A stretch of 24,815 bases of DNA, taken from the NCBI GenBank assembly GCA_958009085.1, contig OY253678.1:992001-1016815 (forward strand), given 5' to 3'. Shown here piece after piece: positions 1-11,820 of the stretch (its first letter is position 1; each line of letters starts with the position of its first letter). The position numbers were made by a program, and so were the translations under genes. The notes beneath the pieces were generated by a model. That model saw only the letters and a program-made list of their open reading frames with translations, was not told where the DNA came from and did no database searches. The stretch comes from Protoeuglena noctilucae (taxonomy: Eukaryota).

Positions 1-878
1 GGTGGGCGCGCAGGAGGACATGGCCGTCCCTGACGATCTGCGGGAGCACAACGCGAGTAGGGGTCCACCGTGACCAACACGTTTCGCCACAAAGGCATCA
101 TCGCGGGCGGCGGCCAGGGCCTAAACTGCGGAAGGCGGTTCATCGTCCCGCACCTCGCCGCCACTCCCGGCTGACAGTCGCCTTGGCCCCGCAAAGGCCC
201 GGATAGTTTGACATCTCAGGCAGAGCCCATCGTGCGCCTGGTCTCCGGGTGGTAGGCGGCTCCGTCGGGCTTCGTAAAGCGCACCAACGCCGCGTCTGGC
301 GCCGGAATGCCAGCAGCTTCCCTGCGCCCTTAACCGCGCCTCCCCAGCATCTCCTCCTCTCTCCGCTCCGTCGGCTCAGCAAACCGACCAGAGACACGCC
401 GAACTTCGGAGCTTCACTGGCCCTTCTCCCCTCGCGTGCCTCGCATGGACCGCGCATGGGGGTGATGGCTGCCGATTATTCACCGCGGTGATCCAAGGTG
501 GATCGTCGGCTGGGCCGCCCGCCGTTTGAGGCCAGCGGACCCGCCTGAGGGCAGCGGGGAGGAGCGCCGAAGCGTCTTAGCTCGCAGCCGTTGAGGAAGT
601 CGTGGGAGGAGATCGCATCCCATAAGGCGAGTCTTTACAGCTTTGGCATCCCTCCCATCCCTCGAAGTCGCCCTGGGAGGATTGGGGAGGATGGAGGGGG
701 GAGAGGGGGGGTGGTTGCTGCCGGAAAGCGTCATCTGAGACCAGCATTGGATTCTGTGAATACATCCGCGCATGGGGCGATCTCGAGTCCGCTTACGTCG
801 TCTCCGCAGGGCCATCTCGTGCGCCAGTCCCTCGCCGAGACTGCCCCTCGCCGTTCCGCGCGATTGCAAAGCGGCGCC

Positions 879-3800
879 ATGTCAGATACGAGCCAGCCGC
901 CTGCCGGCGCGTCTGTCCTCGGCGAGGCGCTGTCCCGGCTGGCGCGGGCGCGGGGCGCGGAGGTCGAGCCCGCTGTCAAGGTGTGCAAAGCGCCTCCCGT
1001 CGACGCGCGCGGGCCTAATTTCGCCATCCTTCTGTTTTAAACACGGATCTGGCTCGACGCCGCTACTCGCATCCCGTGCGCAGGGCCTGATGGACGCGCT
1101 GCAGGCGGCCCCCTCCTCGCAAGCACTGGCAGACTCGTCCGCGGCGACGGAGGCGCTCCTGGCGGCCGCGCAGGACCGCGGGCACCTCGGGGCGCAAGCG
1201 TCGCGCTGTCTGCTGGCGCTCGCGGACGCGGAGGCGCGCGCGATGGCCGCGGGGGCGGGGACGGGCGGTGCAGGGGGCGACCCCTCGGCCCCTCCCGCCC
1301 TGCCACCCGCGCTGGCGTGGTGCGTCGAGGAGGCCGGCGCGCCCAGGCACGATCGCCGCGGCCGCAACCTCCACGCCCCCGCGCTGGCGGCGCTCGCGTC
1401 AGCTGCGGACCTGCAGGGCCCAGGCGCCCCCCACCTCCGCTGCGCCGCCCTTCGCGCGGTGGAGCGGGCGGGGCAGGCCCCGGCGCCGCTCCCGGCCGAA
1501 GGTCTCGTCGCCGCCGCACAGCTGCTCGGCCGGCTGCTCTCGCGGGCACCCACGGGCGTTGCTGAAATGGCGATGCGAGAGACGGCCACTGCGGCAATCG
1601 TGCTGCGGTGCGCCGCCCACGCCGCAGCTGGGCTGGGGCCGTCGCCCGGCGCCCTGGCCGCCGCCGTTCCCGCGTCCGCCCACGCGCGCCCGGCATTGCG
1701 CGCCGCGGTGTCTGCCGCTCTGGTCGCCTCCCGCGCCCTCGCCACGGCCCTCGATGATGGTCCCCCCGACACCGGGTGAGCAGCCGAGCTGGCTTGTAAA
1801 AGGTATAATGCCAACATGCGTGATGCTCTCTTACTCACGTGCGGGCCTGGTGCTAGGATGCCAACATGCGAACATGTGTGACGCTCTCTCATGACACGCG
1901 CTCATCTCCCTCACGCCCCTGACCCTGCCCCACCCCGCAGGTCTGCCCGCCTGCCCCCCGCCCTCGCCGCCGCTCGCCAGGGTGGCTCCGCGGCCCGCGG
2001 CCAGTCGCGCGGAGCCGTGGCGCCACTCCCCAACGCCGAGCGACACACGCGGCTTCAATTGGTGCATGCTGTCACAGGTGATTGATCTGCCGAGCGCATG
2101 TGATGCATGTGGCATGTACATGCTTATGCCAAGTACATGCCAAGTGCCTATGCCTAAGCACATGTCATGCCAACGCCAAGTGCCTATGCCATGCATATGC
2201 CAAGCAAACGAGTGCGAGAAACCCGCATGAAAGCATTTAAGCGGGTCGAAGCGGGTCAATTCGACTTTCCCGCAACCCTCATCGACAGTAAAACTTTCAT
2301 GCGTGTTTCCCTCCCATGCAGCCACATGCGGCAGCGTCGTGGCAGCGGTGCTCGCGGCCGTGCGGGCGGAGGGGCCAGGGCCCCAGGAGCGCGCCTCATC
2401 CGCAGCGTGGGCCGTCGGGGCATGTGCGGAGGCGAGCCAGACCTTTCGCAACGCATTTGCCGCCCACCGCAGCGCGTTGCGGGGCGGGGCGCGGACGGGT
2501 GCCGACAAGCTGCTCCCGCCCGCCTGCCGCGCTCTCTGCGGCCTGTGGCACGCGGCGTGGGCGTTTGCGGAGTGGGCGGACGCGGGTGCGGGAGAGGGGG
2601 ATGCGGGCACGGGACACCGCGCCCCCCTCGCCCTCGCTCTGTACGAGCAGGCGTGCGCGTGCGCCAAGGTGACGTGCGTGCGAGGCTTGTCAAGTGCAAG
2701 TGTATGTTTAGAAGAATCCGGTATACTTTGCTCCCCCCTCTGTTACTCCCACTTGATACTCGATAGTACCTGCGCACGGTCATGCCCCTGTCTATGCCTC
2801 TAAGTAGCACCTGAGCAGCATAGCTATTCAAATAACCCACTGCCCCTCGTCGCCCTGCTTTCCAGACCTGGCCGTGGAGCCCCTCCTACCCAAACCCTCA
2901 AGGCAGCAACAGTGATGTAACTAGCAGTATCGTATTTCAACTAACCACTCCCCTCCTCCTCCCTATTCCAGGACCTGGCCGTCGAGCCCCTCCTCCCCCC
3001 CCGTGCCACCGCATCGATCCTCCACCTCTTCACCGACCTCATCGCCACCCTCCCCGCCCACGCACCCCCGGACACCGCACCGGACCTCCCCCTCCCCGCT
3101 GCGCCCTTAGAATCCCTACTCTCCCCCGACGGCGGTTTCTGGCTACTGGCGGCCTCACAGCAGCCGGAGGTGGCGAGGGGCGCGGCCGCGGCAGTCGCGA
3201 GCGCTTTGCGCATCGCCTCCCGCGCCCCCCGCGCCGCCGCGCTCGCCGCGGTGCTGGCGGTGGGGGAGCGGAGGGTGCGCGCCTTCTCTCACGCCCAGTG
3301 CCGCCCCCACGCTGCCCCGGGGGCACCCGACGGCGACGTGTGGCCCGCGTCCGCATCCGCCTCTGCCTCTGAACAGGGAACGGAGTCTGCGGATGATGCG
3401 GGGGATGGGGCGCGGCAGGGAAGGGCGGGGCGGGACGCGCGGGCGGGTGCGGCGGAGTCTGCGGCTACCCTCCTGCGCTTCTGTTTGCTCGCGTTGCAGC
3501 AGGCGATGGGGGGTGGGGATGGGGCGGGGGAGGGTGCGGGCGCAGGTGCGGTGGCGGGGGGCGGGGCGTGGTGGGGTGCGGAGGTGTCGCTGCAGCGGCG
3601 GGCGGTTGGTCTGTTGGCCGACCTCTGCACCAATGCTGCCGTGGCGAGGACGCAGGTGAGAGGAGTGGATTGTATGTGTGGTGTGGATGAATGTGTAAGT
3701 GCTTATAAGTTAGATTGCGCACCTCATCCCTTCTCATCCCTCCGCGCACCACCCCCCCCCCTGCACCTCACCCTCACCCTTACCTCCCACCCCCCACCCC

Positions 3801-6800
3801 CTCCCTCACCCTCGCCCCCACCCCCACCCTCACTGCCACCTCACCCCCTCACTCTCACTCCCCTTCACGCAGGAAGCCGTGCATGTCGGAGCCCTGCGTC
3901 TCCTCCGTTCCGTGTGGCAGGGCCCAGCAGCAGAGCTCGAGGCATTGCTAGCGGCGGTGTTGGCGCTTAGACCGGGCCCGCACATCCAGCTGGACGCGTT
4001 GCAGTGGCTGCTTGCGACGCTCAGGGATGAGGGGGCTGCGGATGCTAAGCAGGGGAATGCGGGGGGGAGGGAGGGTGGGGCGAGAGAGGGTGGAGTGGGT
4101 GGGGAGGGGAGAGACGGAGGCGGGCATGCTAACAATGCCGGGGGAAGGGACAGGAGTGCAGAGCGATCAGGGAATGCTGGGGATGCGAGTGGTGCAGCAC
4201 AAGCAGAGGGCAACGGAGAGAGGGACAGTGCAGGGAGGGACGCCACAGCAGTTGACGCGCCGAGCTCTGACGCAACCACCCTCGCCACACAAGCTCATCC
4301 CTCCCACAACCACCCCCCACCCCGCTCCCCCCTGTGCGACGTCCTTTTGCGTCAGCTACTCGACTGTTTGTCCTCTCCCTATGCCCACGTCTCCTCAGCA
4401 GCGCTGGCGGGGCTGGGGAAGGTGGTGGCTGCACGGCCGCTCACGCCGCTGCAGCTGCCGGAGGTGGCGGCGTGTCTTGCCACGCTGCTCACGCACCCGA
4501 GCGGCCGCGTGAGGGCGAAAGCGGCGGATATTCTCGTATCTGTCAGTCCGTACGCTGCGGCGTGCGCGGCGCATCCCAGGTGAGATGGGCGACGCGATGT
4601 GCGTAGTGCTAGTAGTGAGATTGTGGTATCTCACACGCACAGCTGGTGTGAATGTGAGTGCGAGTGTGGCTGTGACTGTGCTGCACACATACTAGGTGAG
4701 ACACTGCCTTGCATGCACATGCGGGGCGAAACGCTCCCCTATAACAACAGCACCTTTGTGACTGTTCACAGTCACAAACGAGACGACAACCCATCCTCCC
4801 ACTCACCCCATCCCCCCCATCCCCCCCATCCCCCCCCGCAGTCTTTCCGAGCCCCTCTCCCGCCAGGCCCTCACCAGCCCCACCGCAGCATCGGACACCA
4901 ACAGCGCAACCCCAGACACCGACGCACGCACTGACACCGACGCCACCCCCGCCCCCGCCGGCCCCGCGTCGCGCGTCGCCCCCGCCACCGCAGCGCAGGC
5001 GCGCGCGCTGCTGTCCGCGCTGGGCGGGCCGGACCTGGTTGGCTCGCGTGGGCGGAGTGCGAGGGAGGGGCGGGCGAGCGGGGGGAGCGATAGGGACACC
5101 AATCATCGGGATAGGGAGCATCGGGATAGGGATAGGGATCGGCCACCGCCCCCGCCGCGGCTCCTGCAGCGGGAGGGGGGTGCCACGCCTGCGCCTGCTG
5201 CAACAGAGGGCGGCGATGGGGCCGGCGCGGGGGCGGGGGCGGCGGGGGCGGTGGGTGGTGCGACTGCGTCTGTGTCGACGGATGCGAATCGCGCGTATGT
5301 GTTGGCGTTGGTGCACGACGTGCTGGTGGCTGCGGAGATGGAGGCGGCGGGGATCGATAAGCCGGGGGCTGCCAAGCGAGCCAAGGCGAGGGGATGCGGG
5401 GGAATGGGGAGCGGCTGCGATAAATGTTAAGCTGCGATCGATGGATAGTATAGTACTATGGACGCTTGCTATCGTTATGACCCATCGACCACACTGCCCG
5501 TCTGTGTGCATGGTTTTGACCAACCCCCTCCGCACATGCATTCCACATGCATATATCAACACCCTTCCCTTCCCCCACCACCCCCCCAGGACTGCCGCCG
5601 CGCTTTGCCACCAGCCGAGGAGGCCGCGTCCCGGGCATGCCAAGCCGTGGCACGCTCTCTTGTACTGTCGCGACTCAAGACACCGATGGGAGCGGCAGCG
5701 GCCACCTTTGCGGCATTGGATGGGCTAGCAAGAGCATTGCTGAGGGAACTGCAAGCATCGGGGGGGCAGTATGGGGTGCTTGGGACAGCGGCGCTCGGGG
5801 CGAGGGTGCAGGGGGATGCGGGTGCGGGTGCGGGTGCGGGTGCGGGTGGGAGGAGAGGGGGCGTGGCGCCGGCTGCGCAGAGGGCGCGCGTGTTGCTGGA
5901 TCTGGTGTTTTGGGTGGAGAGGTCGGTGGTGGAGGCGCAGAGGTGAGGGGTTGTGTATGGGTGTGAGGGGCAGTGTCATTGTTACTGGGTCTATCATAGG
6001 CATCATTGACACGCTCGCACGCCTGTTGCGCTCCCTGATGCACTCTCCATGCAAGCCCACATACACCCATACTCTCTCCCCACACACATACACCCCACGC
6101 ACCCCACCCCACCCCATCCATCCCCTACCCCCATCCACCTGCCCCCACACCCCCCCCCATTACCCCCCCCCCCCCCCTCCCCCCTCCCAGAACGACTTTC
6201 GAGGACGGCTCTCCCGTCCCCGACGCCACCCTGGCATTCTTCACATCGAACGAACGCCCATGCGCCGACCTACTGCGACGCATGCGCCCCACCCTACTAC
6301 ACGTCGCGTCCCTCGCCGGCCACCCCCACGCCGCCCTGCATCACGGCGTCGCGCATTTGGACACTCTGCGCGCCAGGCTCGCTGCTGCCACCGCCGCGCT
6401 AGCCCCGGACGCCACCCCCACCCACCCGCACCCGCCGCCCCTCCCCGCCCTCGCCTTGGCCCGTCGCGCACCCCCCCGCCCCTCCGCCCGCGCCGACCCC
6501 TCTCCCCCGCTCCCCGCCTCCCCCTCCGCGTCACCCTCCACCTCCCCCTCGCCACCGCACGCCCCCCCTGACCCAAGGGATGCATTGCGAGCCGCACTGT
6601 CCGATCTCGCACGGACCACCCAAGTTGTCGCTGCGGCTGCTCTGGCTGCCAATGACCCAGACACCGTGCACGGGACGCACGCGTGGGCATCCAAGCTCGC
6701 CGCACCCGCCGCCGCCAGGCTGTGGCCGGCAGGGCAGGGAACAGGCGCAACCGCAAGCGCAAACACACACGCACACGCATCCGCTTCGCTGCCGGTGCAA

Positions 6801-9800
6801 GCGGCGCTGAGCGCATCATCGGACCCGCGCCCGCTCGCCGCGGCTCATTTGGGCTTCCCGCCCGCACCGGGTGGGCTGTCACAGGGTGGCGTGGCTGCGT
6901 CGGACTTTGCGGGGCTTAGTCAGGCGGGCGACGGGGCAAACCCGCTCGCCCCCCTCCCCACCCCCCCCTCCTCCGCTGACGCCTTCGCATCCCTCGCTCC
7001 CCTCTCCTCCGATTGTTTGGCCTTTCTCCCTGCTTATGCGGACGCGGCTGCTGGTGACTTGCCGCGTGCGCATGTGGGGCTGTTGGCGTGCCTGCATGAC
7101 GGGCGGTGCTTGGAGCTGCTGGGGCGGTCCGGGTGCCGCGACTTGGCGCATTTCGGGTGCTGGGTTGCGGCGAGGGGGGAGGATGCGGGGAGATTGGGGG
7201 ATTGGGTGCGGGCGTGTAGGGGTGCGGCGGGGATGGCGGGGGGTGCGGCATGGGGGGAGGGGCTGGCGATGGGGGCTGTGGAAGCGGCGGTGTATCAGGC
7301 GGAGGCGCATATGGCTGCGGGGGAAGTGGATAAGGTGAGAATTAGGGAGAATGGGGGTGTGGTGTGGGGGAGGTGGACAGGGTGAGGGGGAGGGAGAGGA
7401 GGGGGGGATGTGATGGTCACGTGTGAGATGCATGCACGCTCCCTTGGCTGCTCTCTGTGTGTGCACGCATCCTCTCGCTGCCACTCTCTGCCTCTTATCG
7501 CCACTGTCACCCCTACCACCCCTCACCCCTTACCCACCACCCTTCACCCCCCAACACCCCCCTCACCCCATCATACCTCTCCCCCCCCCCCCCCCCCTTT
7601 ACACAGGCCCGCGACTACCTCCGCGTCCTGCCCCCCCCCTCTTTGGAGCCAGGCGCAACGTCCGCCGACGCCGCCCACCAATCGGCCCTCGCTTATCTGC
7701 GAGGGGCTGTGCGGCTGGGGGAGTGGGGGGAGCTGGAGAGAATGGAGAGAGATGAGAGGGATGAGAGGGAGGTGGGGGATCACAACGGAGGGGTGGGTGT
7801 GGCGCCTGGGGGATTGCGTGCGAGTGCGGCGGCGTTTGTGCCGGCGTCTGAAGGGCGGAGGGTCAAGGAGGTGAGGGGGGTTGTGGTTGTGGTAGTGGGG
7901 GTGGTGGTGGGGGGTAGTGAGGGTGGTAGCGAGGAGATGGTGGGGGTGGGGGTGGTGGGGGAGAAAGGGACCGAGGGTCAAGGAGGCGAGGGGATGGGGT
8001 TGTGAGGGGGGTGAGGGTGGGGGTTTGTCAGTGGTGGCAGTGGGGGTGGCAGTGAGGATGACAGTGAGGGTGGCAGTGGGGGAGAGAGTGAGGGTGGTAG
8101 TGGGGGTGCGGTCACAGCATGATGCTAATTACAAAAAGCATCTCACAGTCACACTGCACCATCCAAATCCCACCACCTCTCCCTCCCTCCTCCCCCCCAG
8201 GCCCTGTCCCGCTCTTTGCACGAGCTGGATGGCGCATCGCGGGTGGTGATGGAGCAGATCGCAGCCGCGTCCAGCCGGGTGCAGGCGAGAAAGGGGGTGG
8301 AGGGGAGAGTGTAAAGGATGGACGGGCTGTGATCGCGGGGATGAATGCAATTGAATGACACTCATTCAATTGCCCCACTCCCCCATGTACCGCTCACATT
8401 CACTCCACCACTCAATTCATACCCATCTCCTCCCCAGGTCCTCCGCGAGCTTTCCCTTCTCGGCGCCCTCACCACCCTACGCACACGCGTCGCCGCCATC
8501 GCATCCCCCACCCCCCACGCCACCGATGCCCCACACACCGCCGTCCTCCCCATCTCCCACCTCCACCCCAACCACTCACTGTTACACCCGTCTCCACCAC
8601 CCCCGCCCCTCGCCGCCCTCCTCGCAAACCCCGCCACCGCCGCCGCACTCAAATGCACCCCCACCCCGCTCGTCGCACCTGGTTTGGTCCCGAGAGCGAG
8701 GGTGTGTTTGCGAGCGGCGGAATCGGCCAATCGCGGCGCGCTGTTCGCTCTGCTTTGGGACGCGCTTGCGTTGCGTGGCAAGGGTGCTAAGTCGGGGCGG
8801 CTGCTGGCGGCGGGGGAGGGGGGGGGCGATGAGGGAGGCGCATGCGCCACTGCTGTCGCTGGTGAGTGGATGGGAGGGGAATGTGAGAGTGAGTGTGCGT
8901 GTGGGTGCGGGTGTGGGTGTGGGTGTGTTTGACGATGTGTGTGCATGCCGTCACCCTTCCCCTCCTTTCCTCACTCACTCACTCACTCACTCTCACTCAC
9001 TCACTCACTCACCCACCCCCCCTCTCCCCACCCACAGTCCGAGCTCCTCGCTGCTTTGGATGTGAATGACGCCACAGGCAACGACAGGGGGGCGGAGAGA
9101 GTGATGGTGCCACGCGTCACAGCAAAGGGGGGGATTGAGTGGGTGCAGGAGGGTGGTAGTGAAAGGGGGGGGTGATGGGGGGGGTGAGATGAGGGGTGGA
9201 TGGGGGGGTGCGTTGGGGAGTGGTGAGGGGAGGAGTGCTTGGGGTGGTGAAAAAGGGAGTGAAAGGGGGAGTGAGAGGGCGCATGATGTGAGGAGTGGGG
9301 GATGGGTGCATCAAGAGCAGGCGTCAGTGTCAGGGCAGAGCGTGGTGGGATCCAGCGGCAGCGTCAGCGTTTCATACAAACCCGGTCCTGACTCGGGCCC
9401 CCTCCTGCTGTCAGCGTCTGCCTGGCGGAGGCTGGGCGATTGGCTGATGGCGCGTGCGGGATTGGTGGACCGGATCACTGGCAAGGAGATCGACATGGGT
9501 GGCGGGAGGGGCGGGGCGGCGGAGGGGGTGGGGCGCGGGTTTGGCGAGGAGTGGCGCAGGCATGTGGAGGAGATGGGGGTGCTGCCGGAGATACCGGGGG
9601 AGGTGAGGGGGGTTAGTATTGTGGGGTATCGGTGTTGTATTGTGGGGTAGTTGGTGTGTGGGGTGTGTGCATGTGGGGTGGCATGGGGGGTGACAGGGTG
9701 TGTGATGAAAAGTTGCATGGGGGGTGGGGTGAGGGGTAGGGGTGTGTATGCATTCGTGCTAATAGCAGGGGCGGGCAAGGGATGGGCCGGGGTCACCACT

Positions 9801-11468
9801 CAGCCCTATTCCCCTCTCTACACCCCACCCCTGCCACTGNNNNNNNNNNNNNNNNNNNNNNNNNNNNNNNNNNNNNNNNNNNNNNNNNNNNNNNNNNNNN
9901 NNNNNNNNNNNNNNNNNNNNNNNNNNNNNNNNNNNNNNNNNNNNNNNNNNNNNNNNNNNNNNNNNNNNNNNNNNNNNNNNNNNNNNNNNNNNNNNNNNNN
10001 NNNNNNNNNNNNNNNNNNNNNNNNNNNNNNNNNNNNNNNGGGAGGTGGGGCGCCCGCGTCTGGCGTTGCTGCGCGAGGCGGAGGCGGCAGCTGCGGCGGC
10101 GCAGGTGGCAGCGGTGCAAGCGGCCGAAGCGAGGCGCGAGGCGGCGGCGGCGGCGGGGGCGCTCCCGCGGCTGGCGAGGGCGGCGGACGCGGCGCGGCGG
10201 GCGCGCAACGACGCCGCGGCGGCGTTCGTCTCACGCGCCGCCCCCTGCGCGGCTCTGCTGGCCGCGGCCACCCCCGCCCTCTCCCGGGCGTGTTCGCTCG
10301 TCGCATCTGTCGACACGCAGGCCCTCGCCACCGTGCAGGCGAGTTGCTGTGTTACTACCAGTGCCATGATCACATTCTGTCGACATGCATCATAGACATG
10401 TATCTCTCATCTCTCATCTCTCCTGACAGGACCATGACGGCGCTTGCGGTTGACATGACAATGCATCTCGTACATTCGACACCTGCTACATACCTGTTAA
10501 TTACATGTACATTTTATCTTCTGACCCATGCCTCCTTGCGCACCCGTCTCCACCCCAGGGCATTCTGAGTGAGGCGGCCCACGCCACGCGAACCTCCAAG
10601 CCCAGCCAAGTCCTGGCGCCTGCGCTGGAGCGGGCGTCCGCGCTGGCCAATCAGTGCTTGGACGGACTCGACACGGCGCGGGCGGGGCTTGCGGGGCTGC
10701 AGGAGGCACTGGCGGGGGCGGCGGGGTGGGCGTCGGTGGGGGGTGCCGAGGCGGTGCTGGGGCCGGAGTGGGCGGCGGTGTGGCGGCGGATGGCTGACCT
10801 GGCCGCGGAGTGGGCGGCGGTCGGGGGCGGTGCGGCGGCGTGGGCACAAATGGAAGCGGCGGTGGGGGCAGCGGCCGACCGACTGCGCGAGTGGGTGGGG
10901 CGGGCGCAGCGCAGGCACGGGATGGAGGGCGAGGGGGATCGGGAGGGAGAGGAGGAGACCGCGAGTGGCCCCAGCAGCCGCGGGTCGACGGAGGCAGCGA
11001 CGGTGGCGGTGGGGGCGGGGCGGGGTGGGGGCGGCGTGGGTGGGCTGGGTGGCACAGAGCCGAGGGTGCGTGCGTTGACGCGGCCGGGAGCGGATGTGGA
11101 CCCGGAAGAGGAGCGGGCGGCGTTCGTCCAGGACGTGCAGGCGAGTTGGACTGGCCTGAGTGGTGTGGCTGTGTGCTTTGTTGGGTGGCTTGCTGCAGTG
11201 CGGTGGGTGGAGTGGTGGTTGCGTGGGCTTGCTGGTGCACGCGCGAGCGAGCTTGCTGCAACATGCGCGAGTGCGTGTGTGGGCATCGGTGATATCGGTG
11301 GTCATTCGTACCCCCTCGCAGGCCCGGCTGCGCAACAAGTTGCGCGGCCGGGTGGGGCACAGTGGCCGCGACCTGACGGTCCCCGAGTTGGTATCGCGGC
11401 TGGTGCGGCAGGCCACGTCCCTCGAGGCCCTGAGCCAGATGTACGAGGGGTGGATGCCGTGGCTGTGA
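879..11468 (+). CDS. SMG1: SMG1-like PI3K-related kinase (nonsense-mediated decay), multi-exon, interrupted by assembly gap; kinase domain not visible
   Basis: Inferred exons: 879-980, 1084-1775, 1941-2077, 2322-2668, 2972-3655, 3873-4579, 4842-5385, 5590-5942, 6191-7334, 7607-7870, 8201-8284, 8438-8861, 9038-9602, [gap], 10040-10338, 10559-11140, 11322-11468. Phases are consistent except at two G runs (8818-8826, 9165-9172). SMG1-type motifs recognised: AVARSLVLSRLKTPMGAAAATFAALDG, RVLLDLVFWVERSVVEAQ, LAFFTSNERPCADLLRRMRPTLLHVASLAGHPHAALHHG and FAT-like SAWRRLGDW. The protein ends in a FATC domain LTVPELVSRLVRQATSLEALSQMYEGWMPWL*. N-terminal exons are supported mainly by phase and splice signals. 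Confidence 0.88.
2126..2205. repeat. Degenerate intronic minisatellite of (C/T)ATGCCAAG-like units
   Basis: Repeated atgccaagt/atgcctaag/atgccaac units in SMG1 intron 3; gccaagtgcctatgcc occurs twice. Confidence 0.6.
2814..2998 (+). repeat. Degenerate tandem duplication of an intron 3' end plus exon start
   Basis: 2814-2891 (...tccag acctggccgtggagcccctcctaccc) matches 2923-2998 (...tccag gacctggccgtcgagcccctcctcccc). Confidence 0.8.
8970..9012. repeat. (CACT)n microsatellite in SMG1 intron
   Basis: About 10 near-perfect CACT units upstream of the acceptor at 9037. Confidence 0.85.
9840..10039. other. Assembly gap (200 N, probably a fixed-size placeholder)
   Basis: Exactly 200 Ns. Confidence 0.99.
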
Positions 11469-11820
11469 CGCATGCTGCGCGTATGCTGAGCTAGGTCGTG
11501 CCAGCACACCTCCTGCCGCATATGATGACATGAGGCGCCGGGGCGCCGTTGCGAAGGCTTCCGCGTTTGCAGCGCGCTGCTCCTGCGCTTGCGATTGCCA
11601 TTGGGCGTGCTGGTTGTCCCACTAGGCCATGATGTATCAATGTCGTAGTTACGTTCGCTATTGAATGTTCCCAGGACTCTGGGCGGTGCCTAGGGAGGGC
11701 CGGGGCTGCGCGGCGCTGGGGGGCCGTGCACTCCGGTCCCGTCTAAGCCAACGCGGGCGCAAGGGGACGCGGCATGTCTGATGCCCCCCCTTGCATGGCG
11801 CGCGTCACGGACGCGGCCGC

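Noticed and set aside
1..870. Possible gene or terminal exon upstream of SMG1 (e.g. CAG|GAGGACATG...TGA at 14-73)
   Set aside because: Too short, no recognisable motif, and context is cut off by the window edge
5815..5848. (GGTGCG)n hexamer repeat
   Set aside because: Ordinary in-frame Gly-Ala low-complexity tract in an SMG1 exon
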